In this document: positions 13,301 to 20,424 of the stretch, piece by piece
Numbering within the stretch: the first letter of the stretch is position 1
Layout: each line of letters starts with the position of its first letter
Source: a virus
IMG/VR virus record: IMGVR_UViG_3300025141_000022
Location: 64,001-128,000 of that record
Length of the DNA stretch: 64,000 nucleotides
Strand: one strand, 5' to 3'
Made by a program: the position numbers and the translations under genes
Notes under the pieces: generated by a model
What the model was told of the DNA's origin: nothing
What the model saw: only the letters and a program-made list of their open reading frames with translations
Databases searched by the model: none

Positions 13301-15518
13301 ATGGAATGGCGACGGGGATATGCGATATAAACTGGCTATGAACAACTTCTTAGCAGAGGTGCCCACATTCTTCTTAAAGGGTGCAGGGATGTCAACTATG
13401 GTATCGCGCCCAGAATCCGATCCGCAATTCGGTGTTGCTGAGCGAGGCAAAGTATATGCTGCTATGGTTAAACTTAGAAAAAGTCGCTCAAAGACCGGGC
13501 AAGGCCGCACCGTGTATGATGTATCTGGTACTTTACAACAGGATGGTTTAGGTTATGAGCGCCCATCTGAGCCATATCCAGAAACAATTACAATGTACAG
13601 CAGACCTTCAGCTTTTGGACCACCAACTTATTATTCTTTCATGGGTTTTTATCCACAGTATACGCCTCCTTATTATGATGGAGAGGCTTGGGCCATCTTA
13701 AGGTTTACCGGCTCGGATGAAGGAATTACGCCCAACGGCTTTGGGGGTCAGTTCAATAAATTTACCCTAGATGAGATTTTACAACACACTCAGGTGGAAT
13801 ATGTTAGGGTATCACACACTGGATCTGTCTGGGCTGTAGTGCCGCATCAGTCGGGATCGGGACTAGCTTATCGGGATGGGCTGTGTTTACACGAAAAAGT
13901 TAACGATCAGGCAATGCAAGTGTCCGCATCATTAAATCTTTTCCAGAAAGCAGAAATTAAATCTGTTGAATATGATGCAATTACCGGTCTACCATTATCA
14001 GTCACTGATGATCCAACAGCGAACTATCAAGTTTGGGCAATTCAGCCTAAATGGGAAACGCCAATTCTTAACTTTAAGGGCGTTGATGTCACTATGCCAA
14101 AATACGGCTCAGGTTCGTGCGCCCGAGGGATGTGGCATCAATATGGAAGAACTCCGACAGGCTCCGAGGGAATTTATATGGAAATTGTAGATGTGCCAGA
14201 ATCATATATTCTTAATGGGCCCACTGGCCTAGGTCAATTTGATACTCACAACGGCCATGCACCAATTCACCATATTGATAGTAGACAATATGTTGATTAT
14301 TATACTGGTACCGACTCGTCGGTTTCGGGCATCGGTGCGCTTATATATGGAAACGCCCCCGCCACCGCCGTCAGTGATACACAAGCCGCCCGAGAAGCTG
14401 GTTTAAACAAGACTGGCTCTTTGGCAGATTTAGTAGGATTCAGTCAGCAGCCAGTCAAGTTGGGCCAGACCGCACAGTCAAAGACGGTTTCTGAAGCAGT
14501 CATCGCCGTACCATTTATGGAGAGAAATGGCGAACGAGTGCTGTTCAACATTAGCAGAGACACGATCAATGAAGCACAATACAAGCTCATTGGTGGAGCC
14601 CGCCGCGAATTGGGACTCTCTTCGGACGGGTATGATATAAATCCAGGCGATACTATTATGTCAATGGTTGAAAAAATGGGAAGATATGTATTCCCACCAA
14701 AGATGGACTTTATTACAAATGAAGATGTTGAGCCGTATGCGATGTATATATTTGAATTTCAACACACCTTCGATCAAACAGATTTGATAAATATGTGGCA
14801 AAACTTGCCGCCAAAATCCGCCACAAAGGTGGAGACACAAACAGTAACTATTACGCATGAATTATTAGCCTCAGAATTGCTTGGCTTGCAGCAACAAGAG
14901 AGCGGCAAGAAGCTTCCAAATGAGCTTCAATGGATGGTGTTTAAGGTGAAGCAAAAGGCAAATAAAGATTATTTCAGTAAAATCTTTGGCTCAAACTCTA
15001 AACAAGATACAGCGAATCGGACAGCATTCTCAGCAGTGAACACAAATACGTTTAGATTTAATTTTGGCGAGTTGACCAATGATACTGTTTCGAGTCAAGA
15101 GCAGGCGCCAGATTATAGTTATAACTGGCCGTATGACTACTTCTCACTTGTAGAGTTGGCTCAGCTGGATGTATCTGTGACATGGGGAGATGTGCCATTA
15201 CCGGGAACTACCGCGATATCAGTACCACAATATTCAGCAGCAGGAACAAATATGCAAGCATCTAGACTGCAAGTTGGCCAAGAACCTCTCATCGCGGCCC
15301 CAGGACTTGTAACTCAATTGGACTTTTCGAATCCCCGCACCGGTGGCACCCGCGCTACGGCATCTCCCGTCACGACAGCTAATGCAGATATTTTAGCCTC
15401 AGCAGTAGAATTTTCAGCTACTGCATCACCAGTCGCAGCTGCAGCCACTGCAGTAACTTCTACAATTACGGCCACTGCTGGTAGTGCTAAGTTGGATGCT
15501 ATTGTGAAGAAAATATAA
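4362..15518 (+). CDS. Giant (3,718 aa) baseplate wedge/fibre protein with LamG-like domains and gp7/P2 gpI-like motif
   Basis: Uninterrupted 11.2-kb ORF. LamG/ConA-like segments (VTLEFWFK...WQHYAISV...KLYISG...MDEFRYW; and WHLSVRV...SSVRYW). YMFKSKGTEKSLRNMLRCFG resembles the KGT motif of gp7/P2 gpI wedge proteins. Position in the baseplate cluster. Confidence 0.7.
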   Translation: MSVKDLFEKQKLKVIANQSPDSQASDVESADWVASKMASDKTVYPRIDFTTASNFARWGSAEQYYKDAWTRIADQYPYDGSKTEKQQWIQNSSQFDLFIFDTEYPRTTGYVTLSYNGGSGWGNTSSSGISAAPSGGYGFPSDVEYIEILGGPHTSSGGMVGKSLHSVFTSSNKFHDDLTASYDFRYGTRESNLKYDLNYVSGGVTLEFWFKKESFDATKTRKEIIFDLWNGKASSSTDYGRLTVELTSSHEAGTPFRLTCMSGTTGVNFGLLGSDVTTGSLESWQHYAISVGNTGNGHLQAKLYISGTLNDERVFNNQAFTTPVTGALNAYIGALRTAPSGATDVSLTSSWKGAGKLSASMDEFRYWKGLRTAKDIGRNWWTQYAGGSNTDLSNTSLGVYYKFNEGVCEIEKHDTVLLDYSGRITNGSWVGYTLGARNTGSAIVSSSYTSASAEFHDPIIYRNHPTVAATCDRLLVSGSEWDLYNNATIFGSIPEWITTDDDPSTGTGANQLLQLTQIMGSYFDTVHAQIDFLNQIKDPAYMSGSTLSSRAFEHSKRLLEDQGLLVPELFIDADIISQIDQRDETREYEMDLVDVKNMIYQNIYNNLTYMFKSKGTEKSLRNMLRCFGVDDELIKINLYADSVKYKFLDNYRTISVRKNYADFNDPDRFDSSVYQQTASNNADSVSFISGSGDDAKEPSLGMTTTCEVYFPNKLPEDHEAYFDTPFTTASVWGMHTADGDNPTDFAYTTATNYANFHVYAIRDELESPHVSFMLSSSAPYYMPTLTSSLFYDVYDGDRWHLSVRVKPQPVDLVASGSSGSYDVEFHGVQMIMGTALNEFLATGSMTNAQGKAFLKSGKRLYAGAQRTNVTSSAVVKYSDVRLSSVRYWADYLELDALHAHAKDSKNVGVLYPDRSISAANTTLNNRKIHKANTLALHWSFNNLSSSDDGGDAVGTAGSSDAGFWIEDDTSGSVTLKSRDGWMGGITGPQHTARGSYYMASDTGSISQQHISTMKQNIPEAMSMTDQIEIRSQDDLTFTKDSRPINMFYAIEKSMYQTISEEMLNMFATIVEFNNLIGEPVHRYRQEYKDLSVLRQMFFEKVKNTPDLDKYIQFYKWLDSALSILLMQLMPASANSSNGIRTLVESHVLERNKYWNKFPTLEMKVDDPESGAEGINKHLYNWRFGHAPISKSERDNVFWWNQRAERDEDISTLAGAAISSSVADVNTDRARMLSSSVQVLTRKYTTPFRFAVDESKEYRGGVNAEKNKKRDLVYTMTTPAGHINVPTEIPKNIMIVDDIDVGTMDRGPTRPGNNDLDILEPNRKYKYNFKLRTFKDDQDPKDSYVSIMKGSFAVPFVIVSSSVTSGYNADFIDKFMSGAQITNLHHDAYGPDYEVPMQGPFTNKYVGGHQSRHIELNSYASRAAGSASAHAGLDSHLTRPEAWKLLFGPTVWEAAAHDTVALVSASMLGFVGADYPHPVGNPGEPSYPVTAALKATRYREEHAKRPVNIRNIMLTTGSYTLGAGHELLRHAAQTKAPTVLGNYRKPYNYVHTAGRITQRRYLRDFSGSSVLPEILTGSGLHATTNPHALIGIYNPRYGGVGVVFGRDQSQLFRNRKSDDSAYEDGRSVFEMPRRQKQEVVFVNRFSAPGSWETSHGFLDVHSGEYSVYNSLNYRNMFVRGSSSGEGNASIYRVSNHMTRDMSHLTRETRDGLAALLQRPAGRFGIDSVYGAVTAEDYDASASFHKVPRNLLRRLEFNKTGSYDLSSEGGPSVGASLNSETFTTASKYDNFYIQHPIPRSDFQYKWIHDSAGRSMRTGSHWSKKWQQGDLWFGYAPVDGLLSGSDPDSPEMWASAFTWPTSSDYGFVTALSGGGVAEGKLINSASYAGHANSGSAKFLFALNERIHTGSDKGYNNKADTNLNTDALGRQAYRSYRFNWAMKNFPIVDPVVAESNSLGHFASGAHSPPGISVGINSDGGAIDPDLRTTPEKREGRAGIGIYPIDGATDVFDSYRWITASYWAGQGGDETLGRNPHVAFEAMVIAADGPKEFGGVWNNVKTGSGDDKWHRWITLADDNDMEEHFAPPDGAAISHRDLVTNVELTNALILQRNRGPHGWPSWKQIRGSEHPVVIAQRKTNTISVLDEPVTITLPMTASSTTLSLSPYVKSWRGHRFTNYVEPVVSRNHPMVTIVGDAAVTHTYNNNLEMFSNPVLNERLGTFSSNEEGNQMYDSLLPTYATATGITRVGGLQRPSFGLKYTETVFPRKENAYQRKSYYRENWNTMYWKNKRWERMEGRGALFGIPFGLPISHSNHPSAGGFVEGRHGLSQSYWPFAATNHGVVQDASNTPGLAFVRVASASVWPLDARQNFAYAPIAPVLGWDYTSSVDYGYGTTNDGNPFGNGINPEQLGEDFQLHATGTFRTLSSDGGLRAAIAGHPTMSYFGYSPGSRIPDPAINGSNSSWFYVRGAPCGILQNSFTQFSCSWNEELERQWEQSTGLSAAEISTQRQYVLGKGPKSRPMFMAGPIYARRHTLPTASSLYSPSHGFASIEIMADTTATPGGTNHWRLSGSNTINTDQMFGGDTLWEAGDQAAAQGSCSLDAPFYESYEDYAKDLKSRGKGYGLIPEFRISDHMEDYIVNHDGNFMTENLDYFNVTGASGVSGSSEDDFFKIYSNTDFMKHFEKINNDHDFTGGPASISLKMKAIKKFVPYSSFYPALHTVEMSKLFAKCYGEYVINPARPADNEAGDTFKWGAMNNEQAAFCKPFFGPGVLFNAIKSGIAVDYPFTTGSTTTFAAHEAVAAPYWPVLAGWSGLPVSASTLAGGAGHNWGAIPWLVEDKTGHTANSSLSMSYDYSSQKMLGVKHGNADGPGYRGFLESTAELLAFCAQNNNMLNWSSYSSNVDHGSARLLYTAESTVYNPQASYYKRLPFEALVEPEKYVKDQWITWDEPHPSCSFTRSYAGGGHMPEDGTWSATFTPSMGTASWNGDGDMRYKLAMNNFLAEVPTFFLKGAGMSTMVSRPESDPQFGVAERGKVYAAMVKLRKSRSKTGQGRTVYDVSGTLQQDGLGYERPSEPYPETITMYSRPSAFGPPTYYSFMGFYPQYTPPYYDGEAWAILRFTGSDEGITPNGFGGQFNKFTLDEILQHTQVEYVRVSHTGSVWAVVPHQSGSGLAYRDGLCLHEKVNDQAMQVSASLNLFQKAEIKSVEYDAITGLPLSVTDDPTANYQVWAIQPKWETPILNFKGVDVTMPKYGSGSCARGMWHQYGRTPTGSEGIYMEIVDVPESYILNGPTGLGQFDTHNGHAPIHHIDSRQYVDYYTGTDSSVSGIGALIYGNAPATAVSDTQAAREAGLNKTGSLADLVGFSQQPVKLGQTAQSKTVSEAVIAVPFMERNGERVLFNISRDTINEAQYKLIGGARRELGLSSDGYDINPGDTIMSMVEKMGRYVFPPKMDFITNEDVEPYAMYIFEFQHTFDQTDLINMWQNLPPKSATKVETQTVTITHELLASELLGLQQQESGKKLPNELQWMVFKVKQKANKDYFSKIFGSNSKQDTANRTAFSAVNTNTFRFNFGELTNDTVSSQEQAPDYSYNWPYDYFSLVELAQLDVSVTWGDVPLPGTTAISVPQYSAAGTNMQASRLQVGQEPLIAAPGLVTQLDFSNPRTGGTRATASPVTTANADILASAVEFSATASPVAAAATAVTSTITATAGSAKLDAIVKKI

Positions 15519-15537
15519 GGAATACTAGTTAGTAACG

Positions 15538-16677
15538 ATGACATTTTTTAATAAAAAAGAAGAAGTAATTGACATACAGCTAACCCAGTATGGCAAGTAC
15601 TTATTGTCTAAGGGCAAATTTAGACCTCACATGTATGCGTTTTATGACGATAATGTCCTATATGACAATGAATACTCTGGCTTGCCTTCCGGCTCTCAAA
15701 ACGATATCGAGGGCAGAATTCAAGAAGACACCCCTTCCTTAAAAACACAGCATGTATTTTCCGGTATCGAAACCAATATTACAAGAATAAATGAATTGGT
15801 CCGATCAGGAAAGGAACACATAGGCTCAGAAAATATTCTACCAGTAGGAGAAAAACATTTTTCACTAGCCCTTCCCCTTGGGACTACCAAGTTAGGTTCA
15901 GAGTATGCTCCTTCTATAAATGTTAATTTTTTAAATAATGAGATTACTAGTTCGATCTCGTATATGACAGGTGCTCACCCTACAATGCTAATACCACAGA
16001 TCGAGTCGCGGGCAACATATGAAACCAGTATTGGTGATACAAATAACGGAGAAGAAGCCGGCGGCTACTATTCAAAGTCATTCGATGATGGAACTTTCAT
16101 TCAGGTTGATGATGATTACTTACTGTTAGAGTTATATGAAAATGAATCTTTTTATGGAACAGAAAATTTTGACATTGAGGTATTCTTGGTAGAAGAGGAT
16201 GATGTATCTGGTTCAATATATACACCGGGATTAGATTCTGAAAAGCAATATAAGCAAGAAAAACTTATACCGCTACACTTTAGAAGACCACCAGTAGAGA
16301 TGAAAGATGGATTCCTGATGGACGACAAAAGTAGTTTTTCCCAAGAGGCGATTGAACTTACTCCAGCCTTTGTTGGATACTGGTTTGATGTTCTCGTTGA
16401 TTATGAAATAGATACAGATGTTCTTTGTGCGGCATTCCAAAGCAACGAAGTTAAATCTCTAATAGGAGATCCACAATTCTATTGCCCAGAGGCATCTCTA
16501 GATGATGCTTCTCAGGTCACATCAATTAAAGACACAACATCGCTGTACGATTCAAACACAGTTTACGAAGATCCAGAATGCCGTATTGAAGAGATATCAG
16601 ACTCCACTACATCATGGTATTGGAAAGCACCTAAATCGGGCGTCAGCGCCAATGAAGATGAGGATTCAGAGACATAA
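15538..16677 (+). CDS. Putative baseplate/tail-collar-related virion protein
   Basis: N-terminus IDIQLTQYGKYLLSKGKFRPHMYAFYDD is paralogous to the N-terminus of 22900..23805 and resembles the N-half of tail-collar-fibre domains; acidic. Confidence 0.55.
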   Translation: MTFFNKKEEVIDIQLTQYGKYLLSKGKFRPHMYAFYDDNVLYDNEYSGLPSGSQNDIEGRIQEDTPSLKTQHVFSGIETNITRINELVRSGKEHIGSENILPVGEKHFSLALPLGTTKLGSEYAPSINVNFLNNEITSSISYMTGAHPTMLIPQIESRATYETSIGDTNNGEEAGGYYSKSFDDGTFIQVDDDYLLLELYENESFYGTENFDIEVFLVEEDDVSGSIYTPGLDSEKQYKQEKLIPLHFRRPPVEMKDGFLMDDKSSFSQEAIELTPAFVGYWFDVLVDYEIDTDVLCAAFQSNEVKSLIGDPQFYCPEASLDDASQVTSIKDTTSLYDSNTVYEDPECRIEEISDSTTSWYWKAPKSGVSANEDEDSET

Positions 16678-19600
16678 TGGCTTTAATTAATCAAGAAAAT
16701 CTAATTGGCGATCAGTTACCGAATGTCTTCATAAGTTTTATTACGCTAGAAGTATCTGGTGGAGATACCATTGTACAACGTAACCCTCATATTGAAACTG
16801 GAGTTGCCCCGTTCAGAGGAAGGGATCGTACCGGCAAGACCGTTACAATATCTTCATCACCTTTGTATAGTAGCAAGACTACATCAACCAGCACCTTGTT
16901 AGTTAAAGTGCAATTGCTGTTGAAAGAAAAATATGATAGCGATCAAAAGGGTGCATGGACTACAGATGAAGAGTTTTTAAAATATTTGAAAATACGAGTG
17001 ACACAAAGTAGGGATAAAAGATTAACACAATCATTTGAAAATGGAGAATTCACCATTGATCCTGAAAGTTATGCCTCTTCTTCTATGGCTTCATACGCTG
17101 ATACCGTATCGTTGGCTCTAAAAGATTATCTTAAAGAGATTACTGAGTACACATATACGATTGATTCGGCCGGAAATAAAATCTATGATGTTCCGTTTGA
17201 AACGACATTCGCGCACAGCGACACAAATCCAACACATTTGTCTTATTTCGCTGCAGTGTATTTTGATACACAACAGATGATAGATGATTACACTTTAAAC
17301 TTGCCTAGCGAACTGAAAAAGAATGTTTTTGGTAAAATAGTTGGTGAAAAGGTCATCGCCAGATCGGCCAAGGTTGAAAATGCTACGGCGCTTTTCTTGC
17401 CAGATAAAACTGTATATGCAGGACCAACGCACAAGGACTCTCGCGGCCGACTGCGCAAAGGAGCCCAAGCGGTCACTTCTCACAATTCAGGTCACCATCA
17501 CGAATATGTTATGTATATACAAAATTCTGGTCTTGCCATGGCAGTCGTTTCTGGAGGTCACACACATAGTATCGTAAATGGAGTTGTCCAGCCCGGCGGT
17601 GGCGCCGCAAATCTACATACGCATACTTTGCCACCACCACTTAGTAAGAAGACAGTCCCTAACAGCACAGTTAAAGATCTGAGGGACGCCCAAGAAACCG
17701 AAAGGGTACAAATAGATTTTTCTTTGATTGAAGAGGCAATATTAGGAATCCAATCGACTATTGGTAAAGTATCAGTTACGGATAAACTATATGTGCCAAA
17801 TATGTACGCCGATGAAACCTATTTTTCGGATTCGTATATGTCTCGCGACAAAGACGGTAACTGCAGGTTTCTATTCACACTTGACTTTTATAAAGCTCTC
17901 CGAGAAAAAACTCATTATGGAGCACTGCTTTCCACTACCGACGATAGAGTAAAAGATGAATTATTAAATTCCTGTATTATCAAAGAGGTAAAAGTATTCA
18001 GAAGGCGAGTTAAAAGTGTCCAAAAAATGAATCGATTAGGTTCAATAGTTACTGCCCGTGAACCGTACTCCACCATAAGCGAACCAGAACTTATAGGTAT
18101 AAATAGTAGGGCCACTGCCGGCACCTTTGATTCTAAAACTTTATATAGAAACGAATATGGAGGATTTACTGTTAATTCATCTGCAGAGACTTCTATAATT
18201 GGCGTTCTTGGAGAAGTAGAATTAGCTTCTGTAAACTCGCAACTTGGCCTACGCCATTTTATGGTTATGGACGATTCAATGTCAGAAGTCACTGATGGAC
18301 TCTATCAGTATGGAGTTGAATTCACTATTCAAGACTCTACTAAAGAATATCTTAAGAAGCAGTTAGACTCTTTATCTAAAGTTCGCGATTCAATGTTGGC
18401 ATATTATGCAGAAGCTAGCGATCCTAAATATTTTGATGTAAAGACAAATCGGTTTACACAAAAATTTATAGAATTAAAAGATAGGCAATATCCAATACTA
18501 AGATCGCGTTCTGAAGGGGTCGTCACGGCTATTAAAAATCAGACACTCTCGCCTAAAACTGAAGTAATGGTTAGAAACTCAAATAGGCAAAATATTGAAC
18601 ATGCGCCTTACATAAGAGCAACATCGGAATATTTAAAAGTGCTAAATACTATGACAATGAATGCACAATATGGAAGAATCAAAAGCTTTACTAGGGCACT
18701 GTATTCAATGTGTTCTCCAAAGTTGGGCACGCCAGATGGAATATTAACCTTTTTGCAATTAATTGAGAATTTGATGTTGCAAGTACAAAGGACAATTGGC
18801 GAAAACAATACACAAGATAGATCTAGAAGCAAAGCATATACTGGCAAAGCTCTACCAAAGTTTACTGTTACAAGATATTTCGATGAAACATTTGATAGTA
18901 ACGTGTTGAAAGAGACTGGTTATGATTATCTATCTGGACAAGACCAGAATAACCTGGGCCTCCGAGTTGTCAATGGGCAAGAATATATTCAACGAGCCAC
19001 CTCAGAAACAGAACAGTATTTTACCACAACGGATTTAACTCTTAATCTAGGCTCTTATCTTCCAGCAGCTTCAACAAATGACACTGAACTTACATTTTTA
19101 ACACCAGCGTCTGTACAAGTTGGTGGAGTCACTTTAGACATAATAGACCAGGGTTCCTCAGCACTGGTAGCGGAAAGTTACCAAGCAATGGAGTCTCTAA
19201 TAACAATGTATAACTCTTCAGATTCTGGAGCCCCTGCACCGCTAACTACCGCTTTGGACACAACAATTAACTATACACCAGTTGTGGCAGATACAGGCAC
19301 GACTATGACCACGCTTCAGGGCCTTACAGACGCCGTGAATAGAATTAGTGCTGAAGAAGAAATGGTTGTGTATTCTGATATTAGGCCATACTTAGGAGAA
19401 GGTTCAAATCAGGTCAGTGCCTCGCTAGATTCTTCTATACTCTCAAAGTTTGGCTCTAGTACGTTGGCCAGTATAATTTTTCCATCATCAGCACCGTCGC
19501 TATTAACAAGTGTTTTGGCTAGTTCTAAAATAACAGGATACGGGGTTAACAGAACAACTACTACGACCTCTAATATTGGCACATTGGCTGCAGTGCCAAC

Positions 19601-20423
19601 TAATACGAGCACAACAATTCCTACAATACAGACATACAATCTGTCAGCAGTAACAAATGGATTAGAATTGATGCGCAATTCTCCAATTGATAAATCATCG
19701 GTAGCCGCTTTGCCAAACCAAGTCTTATCACTGTTCGCTGCCAGTCTGGGAAGTACAAAAGTTGCAACAAATGTATTCAGTGCAAGCACTGATATTGCTG
19801 CCGACCCAGACACTGAAGGATACTTTAGGTTCAACTATTCAATGATTAATCAGGTTGAATGTTTTATTGGATATGGAGAGTCAACTGGCGGAGACATTGA
19901 AACAAAAGAGTCTGTATGGGTGCCACTTGATTATAGTATTCTTAATGGAAACGTTGGCGGAAATATCCTGTGTAGAATTCGTGAATATGAAAATCCCGCA
20001 TTAGATATATACTGTTCTAATGGATTGGAACTTCCCACTTACGATGAGCATTTTATTTTAAAACCAACTGAAGAGGTTCAGCGTCAAGGTTCTACATATT
20101 ATAATCCTTTTGGCAGCACTGCGGTCCTAAGAACTACATCGCTTTTGAACAGTGCCTCTCCCGCAGACATGACTAAAACTAATTTAACTTCGCCTATATC
20201 GATTACAAGTGACTGGGCACCCATTGTGGTAAGAGATTTGGGATTGACGGCTACAAAATCAGAAGAAATTAAAATTCCTACTGAATATATATCTACAATG
20301 CATATCAAGCCATCCACAAGCTTGGTCGAAACAATGGCGGTAGCCACAGCAGAATCAACGCTCGATGCGGACGTAATAGCCGCAGGCATGGGTAGCGCTC
20401 AAACACCAGGGAGTCGATACTAA
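16677..20423 (+). CDS. Large hypothetical virion protein (1,248 aa) with His-rich insert
   Basis: Long ORF coupled to the previous gene, in the baseplate cluster; GHHHEY/GHTHSI/LHTHTL segment. Confidence 0.55.
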   Translation: MALINQENLIGDQLPNVFISFITLEVSGGDTIVQRNPHIETGVAPFRGRDRTGKTVTISSSPLYSSKTTSTSTLLVKVQLLLKEKYDSDQKGAWTTDEEFLKYLKIRVTQSRDKRLTQSFENGEFTIDPESYASSSMASYADTVSLALKDYLKEITEYTYTIDSAGNKIYDVPFETTFAHSDTNPTHLSYFAAVYFDTQQMIDDYTLNLPSELKKNVFGKIVGEKVIARSAKVENATALFLPDKTVYAGPTHKDSRGRLRKGAQAVTSHNSGHHHEYVMYIQNSGLAMAVVSGGHTHSIVNGVVQPGGGAANLHTHTLPPPLSKKTVPNSTVKDLRDAQETERVQIDFSLIEEAILGIQSTIGKVSVTDKLYVPNMYADETYFSDSYMSRDKDGNCRFLFTLDFYKALREKTHYGALLSTTDDRVKDELLNSCIIKEVKVFRRRVKSVQKMNRLGSIVTAREPYSTISEPELIGINSRATAGTFDSKTLYRNEYGGFTVNSSAETSIIGVLGEVELASVNSQLGLRHFMVMDDSMSEVTDGLYQYGVEFTIQDSTKEYLKKQLDSLSKVRDSMLAYYAEASDPKYFDVKTNRFTQKFIELKDRQYPILRSRSEGVVTAIKNQTLSPKTEVMVRNSNRQNIEHAPYIRATSEYLKVLNTMTMNAQYGRIKSFTRALYSMCSPKLGTPDGILTFLQLIENLMLQVQRTIGENNTQDRSRSKAYTGKALPKFTVTRYFDETFDSNVLKETGYDYLSGQDQNNLGLRVVNGQEYIQRATSETEQYFTTTDLTLNLGSYLPAASTNDTELTFLTPASVQVGGVTLDIIDQGSSALVAESYQAMESLITMYNSSDSGAPAPLTTALDTTINYTPVVADTGTTMTTLQGLTDAVNRISAEEEMVVYSDIRPYLGEGSNQVSASLDSSILSKFGSSTLASIIFPSSAPSLLTSVLASSKITGYGVNRTTTTTSNIGTLAAVPTNTSTTIPTIQTYNLSAVTNGLELMRNSPIDKSSVAALPNQVLSLFAASLGSTKVATNVFSASTDIAADPDTEGYFRFNYSMINQVECFIGYGESTGGDIETKESVWVPLDYSILNGNVGGNILCRIREYENPALDIYCSNGLELPTYDEHFILKPTEEVQRQGSTYYNPFGSTAVLRTTSLLNSASPADMTKTNLTSPISITSDWAPIVVRDLGLTATKSEEIKIPTEYISTMHIKPSTSLVETMAVATAESTLDADVIAAGMGSAQTPGSRY

Positions 20424-20424
20424 A

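Noticed and set aside
4362-15518. Intein or homing endonuclease explaining the giant ORF (and likewise terL, portal, primase)
   Set aside because: No C/S...HN-C/S/T splice junctions or LAGLIDADG/HNH motifs were recognised.
19400-19415. GGTTCAAATC T-loop-like sequence suggesting a tRNA
   Set aside because: It lies inside a long CDS, with no cloverleaf or D-arm recognisable around it.
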